Numbered from the stretch's first letter, positions 28,215 to 39,454 are shown. The stretch: DNA of 64,000 nucleotides from Terriglobia bacterium (GCA_963760265.1 CAVXCR010000029.1:46779-110778), one strand, 5' to 3'. The notes: generated by a model from the sequence alone, not told the origin. Numbers and translations: made by a program.

Positions 28215-29514
28215 ATCACTGCTGTCCGGCTAAAGGAGGAAGTGCCGACCGCAAGTGATGGGCAGAGGGTGAGTTGAGTCCGTTCCGGGCTTGCCGCGAT
28301 TTGAAAGCGAGGAGAGCAGACAATGGCTCATGAATCAGGGCCGCACCGTCTTCTCGCAATTGATCAGCTTCCTTCCCGACCGGGAGTTTCGCCGTTGTGT
28401 CGAGCGCTATCAGGGCGACATCCGGCTGCGAGGATTTTCCTGCTGGGATTAGTATCTGGCGATGGCCTTCGCGCAGTTGACCTATCGCGAGAGCCTGCGT
28501 GACATCGAGGCCTGTCTGGGTTCGATGCAGAGCAAGCTGTACCACCTGGGATTTCGCGGCAAGGTGGCGCGCTCGACGCTGGCCGACGCGAACGAATCTC
28601 ATGATTGGAGGATCTTCGCCGATTTCGCGCAGGTGTTGATTGGCATCGCCCGGCCGCTGCATGCTCGCGATCCGATGGGCGTCGATCTGCAGCAGAGTTT
28701 GTATGCTCTGGATTCGACCACGATCGACCTGTGCCTGTCGCTGTTTCCGTGGGCGAGGTTTCGCCGGCGCAAGGCCGCCGTCAAGATGCACACTCTGCTG
28801 GACCTGCACGGCAACATTCCCACGTTTATCCGCGTCACCAGCGGGGATGTGCATGATGTGAACCTCCTCGACGAGATCCTGCCGGAGGCGGGGGCCTTCT
28901 ACGTGATGGACCGGGGCTACATCGATTTTCAGCGGCTCTTCGTGTTTACGCTCAGCTCGGCCTTCTTTGTCGTGCGCACCAAGTCGAACGTGCTGCTCGA
29001 ACGGCGCTACTCGCATCCGGTGGACAAGAGCACGGGCGTGCGCTCGGATCAGACGGTGATTCTGGCGTCGTTCGAATCGGCCTCGGTCTATCCGGATGCG
29101 CTGCGGCGTGTGAGTTACTTCGACACGGAGACCAACCAGTGGCTGAAGTTCCTGACCAACAACTTCACGCTCCCGGCACTGACCATCGCGCAAATCTACA
29201 AGTGTCGCTGGCAGGTGGAACTCTTCTTCAAATGGATCAAGCAGCACCTGAGAATCAAGGCGTTCTATGGGACCAGCGAGAACGCGGTGAAGACCCAGAT
29301 CTGGATCGCGGTGTCGGTGTACGTGCTGGTGGCAATCGTGCGCAAGCGGTTGGAACTGAACGCCAGCTTGTATCAAATTCTACAGATTCTCAGCCTCACG
29401 CTTTTCGAGAAAACGCCCATTTTATGCGCCCTTCAGGCCATCGATGAGGACGCCAGTTTCGCCAAAAACGTCAACCAACTGATTCTCTTCGAGTTTTAAC
29501 CGGACAGCAGTGAT
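28215..29514 (+). mobile_element. IS4-family insertion sequence (~1.3 kb)
   Basis: Terminal inverted repeats ATCACTGCTGTCCGGCTAAA (28215-28234) and TTTAACCGGACAGCAGTGAT (29495-29514) match 19/20. A single DDE transposase frame lies inside. No clear target duplication was seen. Confidence 0.8.
28330..29499 (+). pseudogene. IS4-family DDE transposase with in-frame amber codon at 28450
   Basis: MNQGRTVFSQLISFLPDREFRRCVERYQGDIRLRGFSCWD-TAG-YLAMAFAQLTYRESLRDIE... and ...YKCRWQVELFFKWIKQHL... The TAG sits where related transposases have Gln (CAG). Confidence 0.8.
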
Positions 29515-30135
29515 TATTTTCGACTTCTTCTCCAATTCAGCTCTTGTTTTGTCTCTCTCCTGCAAGTAGCGATCTCTCTCCTCGCTGGCACGGTGCAGTT
29601 CGACTTTGAGCGCCTCCACACCCGAATCAACCGCAGACATGGCGGTCCCCTGTACGGCAGCTTCGATCGCGCGGTTGCAGCCATCGATGTGATCGTTGTA
29701 TTTCTGGATCGCTTGTTTTGCGACGTCCCGCGAGTACTGGTCGTGGTTGTATAGATCCGCCATCATTTCCGCAGTGATCCACATGGTGCGCCGGTGATCG
29801 ATCCATTGCTTGGCGTACAGCACCGTCACCATCAGCAGCGCAATCGTTACACCCAAGCTGTACTGGAAGTACGGGTTCCGCGCGCTAGCATCCAAAAAGG
29901 CCCGGCGTCGTTGTTCCATCCAGTATCCGTAGTCCAGATTGTCGGGATTGAATTGCTTGAGCAGGAACTCGTACCAGGTGTCACGGCGGTGATACAAGGG
30001 TCGAGCGGGCTGCACGTGCGGTTGCGCTTGCCGTGGGCGAGACTGCGGTCGTTGTTGCGCCGTTGCAGGACCAGTGCTCACCAGCCACAGCGCCGCGAGC
30101 ATGACCATTCCGATCGTCTGTTTCATATGCGCCAA
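29422..30135 (-). CDS. signal-peptide/TM coiled-coil protein whose 3' end now reads into the IS
   Basis: MKQTIGMVMLAALWLVSTGPATAQ, a TM helix LGVTIALLMVTVLY and a coiled coil. From 29514 downward the ORF is IS sequence (...SKII|TAVRLKLEE...). Confidence 0.55.
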   Translation of the reverse strand: MAHMKQTIGMVMLAALWLVSTGPATAQQRPQSRPRQAQPHVQPARPLYHRRDTWYEFLLKQFNPDNLDYGYWMEQRRRAFLDASARNPYFQYSLGVTIALLMVTVLYAKQWIDHRRTMWITAEMMADLYNHDQYSRDVAKQAIQKYNDHIDGCNRAIEAAVQGTAMSAVDSGVEALKVELHRASEERDRYLQERDKTRAELEKKSKIITAVRLKLEENQLVDVFGETGVLIDGLKGA

Positions 30136-30903
30136 CGTTCTTAACCACGGCGACCAACCGATTCGCCGCGGCCACCGTCGGCCACCTTTCGGGCGTGAAC
30201 ACTACACCGGAATCGTTTCTTTTGCATTCGCGGGCCATGCGTCTTTTGTAGAGTGAAGCACTAGGCCTGGTTTGTGGTCTGCTATCGGAAAAGCGGTGGC
30301 ACCGTGTTTCTGCTGTCAACGCGGAGAGTCTATATCAATGAGATGGACTCCTTTGCTGAAAGTGGGGCCTCTGAGGACTCTCTGGATCGTCATACTCGGC
30401 GCGCAGGCGAGGGCAGCACAAATATTTTCACCGATTACACATTGACTGGTCGGAGGCACCGGGATCGTCATTATCCGTGGGGCCAAAAATCGGCGCTCCC
30501 GGTTGCCGGAATGGGTCCATCCCATTAGGTCAACCGCTCCTGCATTTCTTCATTTTAGAGAGCGACGTGCATGTTCATGGTCCCTCCAGTATGGGGGGAG
30601 CTCGAACAATATTCGTGTTCTATTCGCTCTCGCGCGCCTTCCACGTGGGGTAGCTGATCGGCAATTAGCTGATCCGAGAAAATGCACTGAAAATTGTGCA
30701 GGAAATGCACTGAATGTGGTGCAAAATCGGTAACAGAACTCGGTAAACATTTTTTCGAATTTGACCTGTTTTTCTGGGTTAGTATAGGATGTCCGTAGTA
30801 GTTGCCAAGAGTTCCTCAATCCTGAGTAACCATTTCAAAAGAAAGGAGATCCTCTAGTAGCCAGTCAACCCGCAGGAACTCCGCTAAAGGTAAGTAGGGC
30901 AGC

Positions 30904-30949
30904 CTCTGGATCAGCATATCGGGGTTCGAATCCCTGGGGGGCAGCCAAA
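30904..30949 (+). repeat. att-type direct repeat, copy 3 (right end of the island array)
   Basis: 46/46 identical to 5613-5658. Confidence 0.9.
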
Positions 30950-30975
30950 AATCTACGCGACCACGCCACCGCTTG

Positions 30976-31386
30976 CTACTCAGCTTTGGTGGTCAGCGGT
31001 TTGCCTTTCTCGGCAACGAACACGGCCGCGAGCTTCACGGTTTCGTTGCCTTTGTTGATCGCCTGATGAATCTGGCCGGGAGCGACGTAGAAAGTGTCGC
31101 CGGCTTTCAGGGTTTCGTCGGGCTTGCCTGCGGCCTGCTGCAGGATCGTGCCTTGTAACACGAATACGTATACTTCCGCAGGGTGTGTGTGCCTGCCCTC
31201 GGCGGTGCCGGGAGGCAATTCGACCAGGGCCATCACCGCTTCGTGGCCCGGGAAGATCATGTCCTGCTTGAAGACGATGTTGCGTTTGACAGCGGCAGGC
31301 GCTTGGCTGTTCTGCGCGTACATGGCAAAGGCGGCGGCGACTGCCGCCAGCAGGAAAGCTGCAGCAACGAAACGAGTGTTTCTCAT
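30976..31386 (-). CDS. secreted cupin-domain protein
   Basis: Signal peptide MRNTRFVAAAFLLAAVAAAFA and the cupin motif GRHTHPAEVYVFVLQG...GDTFYVAPGQIHQ. GAGGAG RBS. Confidence 0.8.
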   Translation of the reverse strand: MRNTRFVAAAFLLAAVAAAFAMYAQNSQAPAAVKRNIVFKQDMIFPGHEAVMALVELPPGTAEGRHTHPAEVYVFVLQGTILQQAAGKPDETLKAGDTFYVAPGQIHQAINKGNETVKLAAVFVAEKGKPLTTKAE

Positions 31387-31529
31387 GTCTGTCTCCTCGG
31401 CGAATGAGCTGCGGTGCGGCACGGCGCACGCGACCAGATTGTATGCGAGCCGGCCGGCTGCGATTCAACAAATCCGCTTGCGAGGCGGTCCGCTTTCATC
31501 GAAATCAGCGTAAAGGTGAGCCACAGGAT

Positions 31530-31916
31530 CTAAATCGTTGCGACCAGCCGGTATTTAGCTGCCCGAGGCTCGACCACTCTCCGTTTGCCATGTCCGGGGT
31601 TTCTCTCGTATCGAGAACATAGCAGTCCGAAATGCTGCAGCAGGTCTACGTCACGGCTCACCGCACGCGTATCGCGATTGAGCCCGGCAGCGAGGACTGA
31701 AATCGGAGATGGTTTTTGCCTTGCAACCCGCAGCAGGCGAATTCTCTCAGGGGAAAGAACTCGCATCATGTCGCCCGGACTTTCGAATGAAACCGTGATT
31801 TCGGGAGCAAGCTCTTCGCCACGGTCTAGCTTACGAGCACGCTCACGGGCACGCTCGAAAAACCCCTTAGCTCCATCGGCGGTCACTCTAAATCTAACGT
31901 TTCTGTTCATCTTCAA
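31530..31916 (-). CDS. HTH antitoxin-like DNA-binding protein (TumA / HVO_A0114-like by recollection)
   Basis: ...MMRVLSPERIRLLRVARQKPSPISVLAAGLNRDTRAVSRDVDLL... It overlaps the upstream toxin-like ORF. Confidence 0.55.
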   Translation of the reverse strand: MKMNRNVRFRVTADGAKGFFERARERARKLDRGEELAPEITVSFESPGDMMRVLSPERIRLLRVARQKPSPISVLAAGLNRDTRAVSRDVDLLQHFGLLCSRYERNPGHGKRRVVEPRAAKYRLVATI

Positions 31917-32247
31917 GTCTCCACAACCCCGTGACCTCTTCTTCGAAACGGTCTACTAATGCCTCGTAACCGGGGAAATCGATCTCTTCTATGTCTCCCT
32001 TAAAGTGCCTGTGGTGATAATCGTGAGTGTTGTCATATCCAAGTACGCGCCCGTTGTCCCCGCCATAAACCTTGTGGTTGATGTATGCGAGACTGTACTT
32101 CACGACGTCGTGGCCGTCGTACCAGACTTCTTCTTTCAGCACAGCACCGTGTCTGTTCCCTGTAAGATAGGATGTGTCATCGACCCTTTTTTCCCACTGT
32201 GCAGATCTCTTCTGTTTCGGCTTTGCACGGTTCTTTTTCACGGGCAT
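31894..32247 (-). CDS. TumE-family (DUF6516-like) toxin-like protein
   Basis: ...KEEVWYDGHDVVKYSLAYINHKVYGGDNGRVLGYDNTHDYHHRHFKGDIEEIDF... Confidence 0.55.
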   Translation of the reverse strand: MPVKKNRAKPKQKRSAQWEKRVDDTSYLTGNRHGAVLKEEVWYDGHDVVKYSLAYINHKVYGGDNGRVLGYDNTHDYHHRHFKGDIEEIDFPGYEALVDRFEEEVTGLWRLEDEQKR

Positions 32248-32249
32248 CT

Positions 32250-32304
32250 AGGATGCCATACATCCTATCTGAATTCAGCAAGGATGTCCACTATCCTGTC
32301 TGAA
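32250..32304. promoter_or_regulatory. two tandem AGGAT-N7-ATCCT palindromes (candidate operator)
   Basis: AGGATGCCATACATCCTATCTGAA (32250-32273) and AGGATGTCCACTATCCTGTCTGAA (32281-32304), immediately upstream of the TumE-like start. Confidence 0.45.
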
Positions 32305-32332
32305 CGTTCGGCTGGCATATAAGGAAGTCACC

Positions 32333-34159
<1,827 letters not shown>

Positions 34160-34469
34160 CCTCGAAATTCCACAGGCACTAGGGTGAAATGAGATCAGGG
34201 GTTAAGGTTTCCGGTCTAGTTGTCCGCCTGTCGGATGCGTTACCCTCAACGCAACCGTCTTCGTCTGGCCAGTTCGAGGGCCACCGCGGGCGCGTAAACC
34301 GGCGCGCGAGCGGAACGCTCGGGGCAGACGGACGAGGCAACCCTACGGCCGTCTGCTCCATCTCTTAATCATCGTCATTCGTGTCCTGTGGAGGTAGTCC
34401 ATGGCCACGGTGTCCCGTCCAAACCATCCGGCAAAATCTGCAGAGGCTCAACGTTCGTAACGAGGCGTT

Positions 34470-36857
34470 ATGCGTATTGTGGCGCGGCTGATCGGCTGCC
34501 TGGTGCTCTGCGTTCTGCTGGTGTCGGTGTTCTCGTCGTACTACCAGGCGGAGCGGGAAAGGTTGGTGCTGCGCCGGGAACTGGAGCAGCGCGCCGATGC
34601 GCTGGCGGAGAGCCTGCAGCCGCGGGTCGAATCCATGTTGCACCGCGGCGACCACGCCGGCATCCAGCGGCTGGCGGAGCGATTTGCCGACAAGAAGCAA
34701 CTCGCCGGACTTGCGGTGTACGGCGACGACGGCAGCCTGGTGGCGATCTCGAAGTCCCTTGTGGGGCAGGTTACGGGGCGACCCGAAACGCTTTCCCGCG
34801 CCATGCAGGAAGACGCGCCGCGGGGAGCGTTCCTGCGCCTCAACGGCCATCCGGTCCACTTCCGCGCTATACCGCTGCACGAGGACGACCATGTGATCGG
34901 CGGGTTGCTGGTGGTGCACGACGCCGCCTACATCGTCGCCGCGCGATGGCAGGCATGGCGGGACATGTCGTGGCGCGTCCTGGCGCAGGTGCTCCTGATC
35001 ATCCTGACCACGGTGGTCATGTTCCAGCGCAGCGTGGTGAAACCCATTGCGCGCACCGCGGCCTGGATGCGCGAACTGCGCCACGGACGCAATCCCGGCG
35101 CGTCGGGTCTGGCCGGCTCCGATGTTCTGAAGCCCCTTGCCAACGAGGCGCATAGCTTTGCGCGCAGCCTGGCGGAGGCGCGCGCCTCGGCGGAGCAGGA
35201 GGCCCGGATGCGCGAAACCGCGGAATCCTCGTGGACGGCGGAACGCCTGGCGGTCTCGCTGCGCACCCGGTTGCAGGGAAGCCGCCTGTTCGTCATCTCC
35301 AACCGCGAGCCCTACATGCACACGCGCAAAGGGAACATGCTGCAGACGATGGTGCCGGCCAGCGGCCTGGTCACCGCGCTGGAGCCCATCCTGCGCGCCT
35401 GCGACGGTACCTGGATCGCCCACGGCAGCGGCGACGCCGACCGGGAGACGGTGGACGCCAACCAATGCGTCCGCGTCCCGCCGGAGGAACCGCATTACAC
35501 GCTGCGGCGGGTGTGGCTGACGAAAGAGGAGGAAGAACGCTATTACTACGGGTTTTCCAATGAGGGGCTATGGCCGCTTTGTCATATCGCGCATACCCGG
35601 CCGACGTTTCGCGCCGCCGATTTTGAGGAGTACCAGCGCGTCAACCAGAAATTCGCCGACGCTCTCTGGGACGAGATGCGCGGCGTGGAGCAACCGATCG
35701 TGGTCGTCCAGGATTATCACTTCGCGTTGCTGCCGCGGATGATCAAGCAGCGCCGTCCGGACGCGCGCGTCGGCGTGTTCTGGCATATCCCGTGGCCGAA
35801 CCCGGAAGCGTTCGGCATTTGTCCGTGGCAAGGCGAGTTGCTCGACGGACTGCTGGGAGCGGACCTGGTCGGGTTCCATATCCAGGCGCACTGCGACAAT
35901 TTCCTGGAGACCGTGGACCGCGTCCTGGAATCGCGCATCGAGTGGGACCGCAGGAACGTGAATCGCGGCGAGCACATGACCATGGTGCGGCCGTTTCCCA
36001 TCAGCATCGTGATGCCTCCGGTAACCGAGCAGGAGGAGAAGCCCAACCCGCATAAGCAGCAGGCGGCGCTGCTGCAGGAAATCGGCGCGGACGCGCTCTA
36101 CATGGGTCTCGGCGTGGACCGCATGGATTACACCAAGGGCATCTTGGAACGCATGCTGGCCGTGGAACGGTTCCTGGAGAAGTACGCGCAGTACCAGGGG
36201 CGGTTCAGCTTCGTGCAGATCGGCGCTCCCAGCCGCACCCACATCCAGCGGTACCACGATTTCATGGGCGAGGTGGCGGCCACGGCGGAGCGCATCAACC
36301 GGCGGTTCCGGTCGGGAAAATGGCAGCCCATCGTTCTCCGCGACCGCCACCACACCCACGCCGAACTGGAGCGGTACTACCGCGCTGCCGACGTTTGCCT
36401 GGTTACTTCGCTGCACGACGGCATGAACCTGGTGGCCAAGGAATATATCGCGTCACGAGATGACGACGAGGGTGTGCTTGTCCTGAGCCCCTTCACCGGG
36501 GCGGCGCGCGAGCTGCCCGACGCCCTCATCGTCAACCCCTACGACACCGAGAAGCTTGCCGACGCCATCTACCAGGCGCTGGAGATGGAAGGCACGGAAC
36601 GGCGGGCGCGCATGCGCCGCATGCGCCAGGTGGTGCGGCAGCACAACGTGTACCGCTGGGCCGCCAACCTGATCGGCGAGTTGTGCGACGTGCGCCTGGA
36701 CCTGGCCGCTCCGCCGCGAAAGCCGGCGCTAGCCACGGGTGTGGCGCAGGGCGTAGCGCCCGAGGTCGTTGTCGAGAAGCTGCCCGATCAGCTCCGCCAC
36801 TCCGGCGCCATGAGCGGAAGCGGTGACCAGGTCGGCGTTGCGCTTGATCTGCGGTAG
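34470..36857 (+). CDS. otsA: trehalose-6-phosphate synthase (GT20) with an N-terminal membrane/sensor extension
   Basis: An N-terminal TM helix plus ~270 extra residues, then ...ISNREPY..., [15 protein letters not shown] and [10 protein letters not shown]. The tail overlaps the convergent HAD gene. Confidence 0.85.
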   Translation: MRIVARLIGCLVLCVLLVSVFSSYYQAERERLVLRRELEQRADALAESLQPRVESMLHRGDHAGIQRLAERFADKKQLAGLAVYGDDGSLVAISKSLVGQVTGRPETLSRAMQEDAPRGAFLRLNGHPVHFRAIPLHEDDHVIGGLLVVHDAAYIVAARWQAWRDMSWRVLAQVLLIILTTVVMFQRSVVKPIARTAAWMRELRHGRNPGASGLAGSDVLKPLANEAHSFARSLAEARASAEQEARMRETAESSWTAERLAVSLRTRLQGSRLFVISNREPYMHTRKGNMLQTMVPASGLVTALEPILRACDGTWIAHGSGDADRETVDANQCVRVPPEEPHYTLRRVWLTKEEEERYYYGFSNEGLWPLCHIAHTRPTFRAADFEEYQRVNQKFADALWDEMRGVEQPIVVVQDYHFALLPRMIKQRRPDARVGVFWHIPWPNPEAFGICPWQGELLDGLLGADLVGFHIQAHCDNFLETVDRVLESRIEWDRRNVNRGEHMTMVRPFPISIVMPPVTEQEEKPNPHKQQAALLQEIGADALYMGLGVDRMDYTKGILERMLAVERFLEKYAQYQGRFSFVQIGAPSRTHIQRYHDFMGEVAATAERINRRFRSGKWQPIVLRDRHHTHAELERYYRAADVCLVTSLHDGMNLVAKEYIASRDDDEGVLVLSPFTGAARELPDALIVNPYDTEKLADAIYQALEMEGTERRARMRRMRQVVRQHNVYRWAANLIGELCDVRLDLAAPPRKPALATGVAQGVAPEVVVEKLPDQLRHSGAMSGSGDQVGVALDLR

Positions 36858-37430
36858 GGCGTTGTCCACCGCCGCGGCACAGCCGCACGCGGCCAGCATG
36901 CTGGCGTCGTTTTCCGCGTCGCCGATTCCGACCACGTTGGCGGGCGCCAGTTGCAGCTCGGCGAGCGCCGCTTCCAGGCCCGTCTTTTTGTCCACGCCCG
37001 TGGGAAGAATCATCAGGGAGCCCTTGTTCAGGATGATGTGGACGTCGAGGGCGAGATTCAGTTCGTGAATCGCCGAGGCCACCGCGGCGTGGTGGGCGTC
37101 GTCGGTGGCAATGATCGCGCGCCCGGTAGAGAACGGAACCCCGCGGCCGCGCAACGCGGCCAGCAGCCTGGGATCCGGCGGGCCGCATAACGCGATTTCC
37201 TCGTTCGACGAAGGCCGGAACAGCAGCGCGCCGTTCTCGGCGATGACGCGGTCAAAGAACGCTGCTTCCGGGAAAACATTCTGCAGGTCGTGGAGCTCGC
37301 GTCCGGTCACCAGCAAGAGCTTGCGGCCGGAGGCGCGCAGCCGTTCCAGCGCCGGGAGCACGAGACCGTCCACGCGCCCGTGGGTGGCCAGGGTTCCATC
37401 GTAATCAGCGGCAAGGGCAAGAAAGCGCAC
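36729..37430 (-). CDS. HAD-IIB family phosphatase (Cof / trehalose-phosphatase-like)
   Basis: The GTG at 37430 has an AGGAG RBS. FLALAADYDGTLA (DxD motif) and GIGDAENDASML. Confidence 0.75.
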   Translation of the reverse strand: MRFLALAADYDGTLATHGRVDGLVLPALERLRASGRKLLLVTGRELHDLQNVFPEAAFFDRVIAENGALLFRPSSNEEIALCGPPDPRLLAALRGRGVPFSTGRAIIATDDAHHAAVASAIHELNLALDVHIILNKGSLMILPTGVDKKTGLEAALAELQLAPANVVGIGDAENDASMLAACGCAAAVDNALPQIKRNADLVTASAHGAGVAELIGQLLDNDLGRYALRHTRG

Positions 37431-37510
37431 CGGGACTCCTAATCTGAACGACAAGTATGAGTGTGATGCGTTTACTATCGTAAGCGAAACCCGGTTTCGA
37501 GGAGCAAGGG

Positions 37511-37915
37511 ATGGTAACGGCAAGCGCATCGTGGACCGATGGGGAACGATTCGTAGGGGTCGCGAGCAGCGGGCACGCCATTGTCGTGGACGCCGCCAAG
37601 GACAAGACCGGACCGAGCCCGATGGAACTGGTGCTCATCGGCCTGTGCGGCTGCACCGCCAGCGATGTCGTCGGCATCCTGCGCAAGAAGCGCGAGCCGT
37701 TCACGCGCCTGGAGGTCAGCGCCGAGGCGGAGCGCGCGCCCGAGCCTCCGGCGGTCTACACCTCCATCAAATTGCGCTACCGCGTCGCCGGCAAGGTCTC
37801 GCGCAAGTCGGTCGAGGACGCGGTGCGCCTGTCCCAAGAGAAGTACTGTTCGGTCTCGCAAATGCTGGGCAAGACGGCGAGGATTACGTCGGAAATCGAG
37901 CTGCTTCCGGGGTGA
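37511..37915 (+). CDS. OsmC-family protein
   Basis: ...GPSPMELVLIGLCGCTASDVV...EKYCSVSQML... GAGGAG RBS. Confidence 0.85.
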   Translation: MVTASASWTDGERFVGVASSGHAIVVDAAKDKTGPSPMELVLIGLCGCTASDVVGILRKKREPFTRLEVSAEAERAPEPPAVYTSIKLRYRVAGKVSRKSVEDAVRLSQEKYCSVSQMLGKTARITSEIELLPG

Positions 37916-38025
37916 GTTCCTGCCCTCTCGGTGTGCTCGGCGCCTCGGCGGTGAATCCTTCCTGACTTGTGCATCCACAACGAAAATATTGCAGCTTCGA
38001 GGCGGCAAACTGCGTCTTAGGCTGC

Positions 38026-38262
38026 ATGCCGAAAAATGTCGTCATCTTCACGCAACCGGGTTGACCACCGTGCCGCACCGCCAAGGCCTACCTCTCGGCG
38101 AGAGGTATCGAGTACGAGGACCGCGATGTTTCCGTAGATGCGCAGGCGGTGAACGACCTGGTCCACAGGTACCAGAGCCGCTCGACGCCAACGCTCGTCA
38201 TTGGCGAAGAGGTGATGGTCGGATTCGATCCCGACCGCCTGGACGAGTTGATGCGCGACTAG
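38026..38262 (+). CDS. glutaredoxin/NrdH-like small redoxin with in-frame TGA at the first CxxC position (candidate selenoprotein, or a nonsense pseudogene)
   Basis: MPKNVVIFTQPG-TGA(38062)-PPCRTAKAYLSARGIEYEDRDV...SRSTPTLVIGEEVMVGFDPDRLDELMRD. Thioredoxin-fold landmarks (xPPC, TP cis-Pro, GF) are all in frame. 8-bp hairpin at 38089-38107. Confidence 0.6.
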
Positions 38263-38287
38263 CCGCGGATTTGGATGAGGGACACGG

Positions 38288-38317
38288 AGGCACGGTGTGA
38301 GCCGTGCCTTTTGTGTT
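38288..38317 (+). terminator. rho-independent terminator after the redoxin gene
   Basis: AGGCACGG-TGTGAG-CCGTGCCT followed by TTTGTGTT. Confidence 0.7.
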
Positions 38318-38475
38318 GAACGCGGTCGACGGCCGATGGTCGATGGTCGGCGGCCGCCCTCGCGTGCGCCGGTGGAAGCCGCCCGGGCCGGTGTGGCACA
38401 CGCGCCCCCGCGTGTGCGATCTGCTGCTCCCTAATTGCACACGCCCCGCTTCAGATAAACTGCAAACCATTGTCC

Positions 38476-39454
38476 ATGGCTGTGCCAGCACAAATCGAGA
38501 ACCGCGAATCGGCCACTCATGCCGCCCACCCCGTTCGCGGCTACGTGTTCATCGCGGCGGCGGCGTTGTGTTGGGGAATCTCGGCATCGCTGGGTCGAGC
38601 GGCGTTTACCGGCCGGCTGGTCACGGGGCAGGCGCTGCCGCCGATCGGACCGCTGATTCTGGCGCAGACGCGCGTCACGCTGGCCTTGTTCGTGCTCGCA
38701 CCCGTTCTGCTGGCGCGGCGGCAAGCGGCGGGACTGAAGATGTCGCGCGCCGACCTGGTGCGCGCGCTGCTGATCGGCGTCCTGGGCGTGGCGGCGTCGA
38801 ATTATTTCTATTACCTCGCGATCCAGAAGACCAACGTCGCCACCGCCATCATCCTGCAATACACCGCGCCGGTGTTGCGTACTGCTTTACATGGTGGCGC
38901 GCGGCGTGCAGAAGGCGACGGCCTCGCGCGTATTCTCCGTCGCGCTGGCGGTGGTGGGCAGCGCTCTCGCCATCGGCGCCGTGGGCACAGGCCAGTTCCG
39001 CATCAATCCGATCGGGGTAGCGGCGGGCATGGCGGCGGCGCTGTCGTTCGCCTACTACAACATTTTTATTCCGCCCCTGCTCAAGCGGCACGACCGTTGG
39101 AAGGTGCTGCTCTACATTCTCATCGGCTCGGCGCTGTGCTGGCTGGTGATCAACCCACCTTGGCGAATCATCGCCGGGCACTATTCGCGCGCGCAGTGGG
39201 CATTCCTGGCGGTGTTCTCGGTGACCTCGGTGCTGCTGCCGTTTTCGTTTTACATCGCAGGCTTGCAGCATCTGGATGCCACCCGCGCCATCGTGACCAG
39301 TTGCCTGGAGCCGGTGTTCTCCATCCTGATCGCCGCCATGACGCTGGGCGAACTGGTGCGGCCGGTGCAGGTGGTGGGAATCGTGGTGGTGCTGACGGCG
39401 ACGGTGCTGGTGCAACTCTCGGGGAAAGAGGAGATGGTCGAACCCATCGAATAG
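38476..39454 (+). pseudogene. EamA/DMT-family transporter, frame disrupted near 38878 (or assembly indel)
   Basis: ...YYLAIQKTNVATAIILQYTAPV in one frame, continued by (V)LLYMVARGVQKATASRVFSVALAV... in ORF 38891-39454. Confidence 0.75.

Noticed and set aside
28216-29376. 386-aa minus-strand ORF inside the IS
   Set aside because: It is antisense to the DDE transposase frame, which carries the recognisable motifs. It is a shadow ORF.
5657-30903. Prophage interpretation of the islands
   Set aside because: No terminase, portal, capsid, tail or lysis genes were recognisable. The content is integrases, regulators, a Rep gene, TA modules and an IS, so integrative islands fit better.
30136-30903. 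Coding genes in the lower-G+C right arm of island 2 (ORFs 30274-30528 and 30550-30819)
   Set aside because: The translations are compositionally odd with no motifs. The region contains the arm-type repeat words, so it is more likely a non-coding att arm or decayed sequence.
38062-38064. Genome-wide TGA reassignment (code 4/25) as the explanation for in-frame TGAs at 38062, 9456 and 23095
   Set aside because: TGA clearly ends well-conserved genes here at family-typical lengths (isochorismatase at 4714, DUF1844 at 46040, the AbiEii-type gene). The genome is high-G+C, which is unlike known TGA-recoding lineages. Only the redoxin TGA falls at a Cys position.
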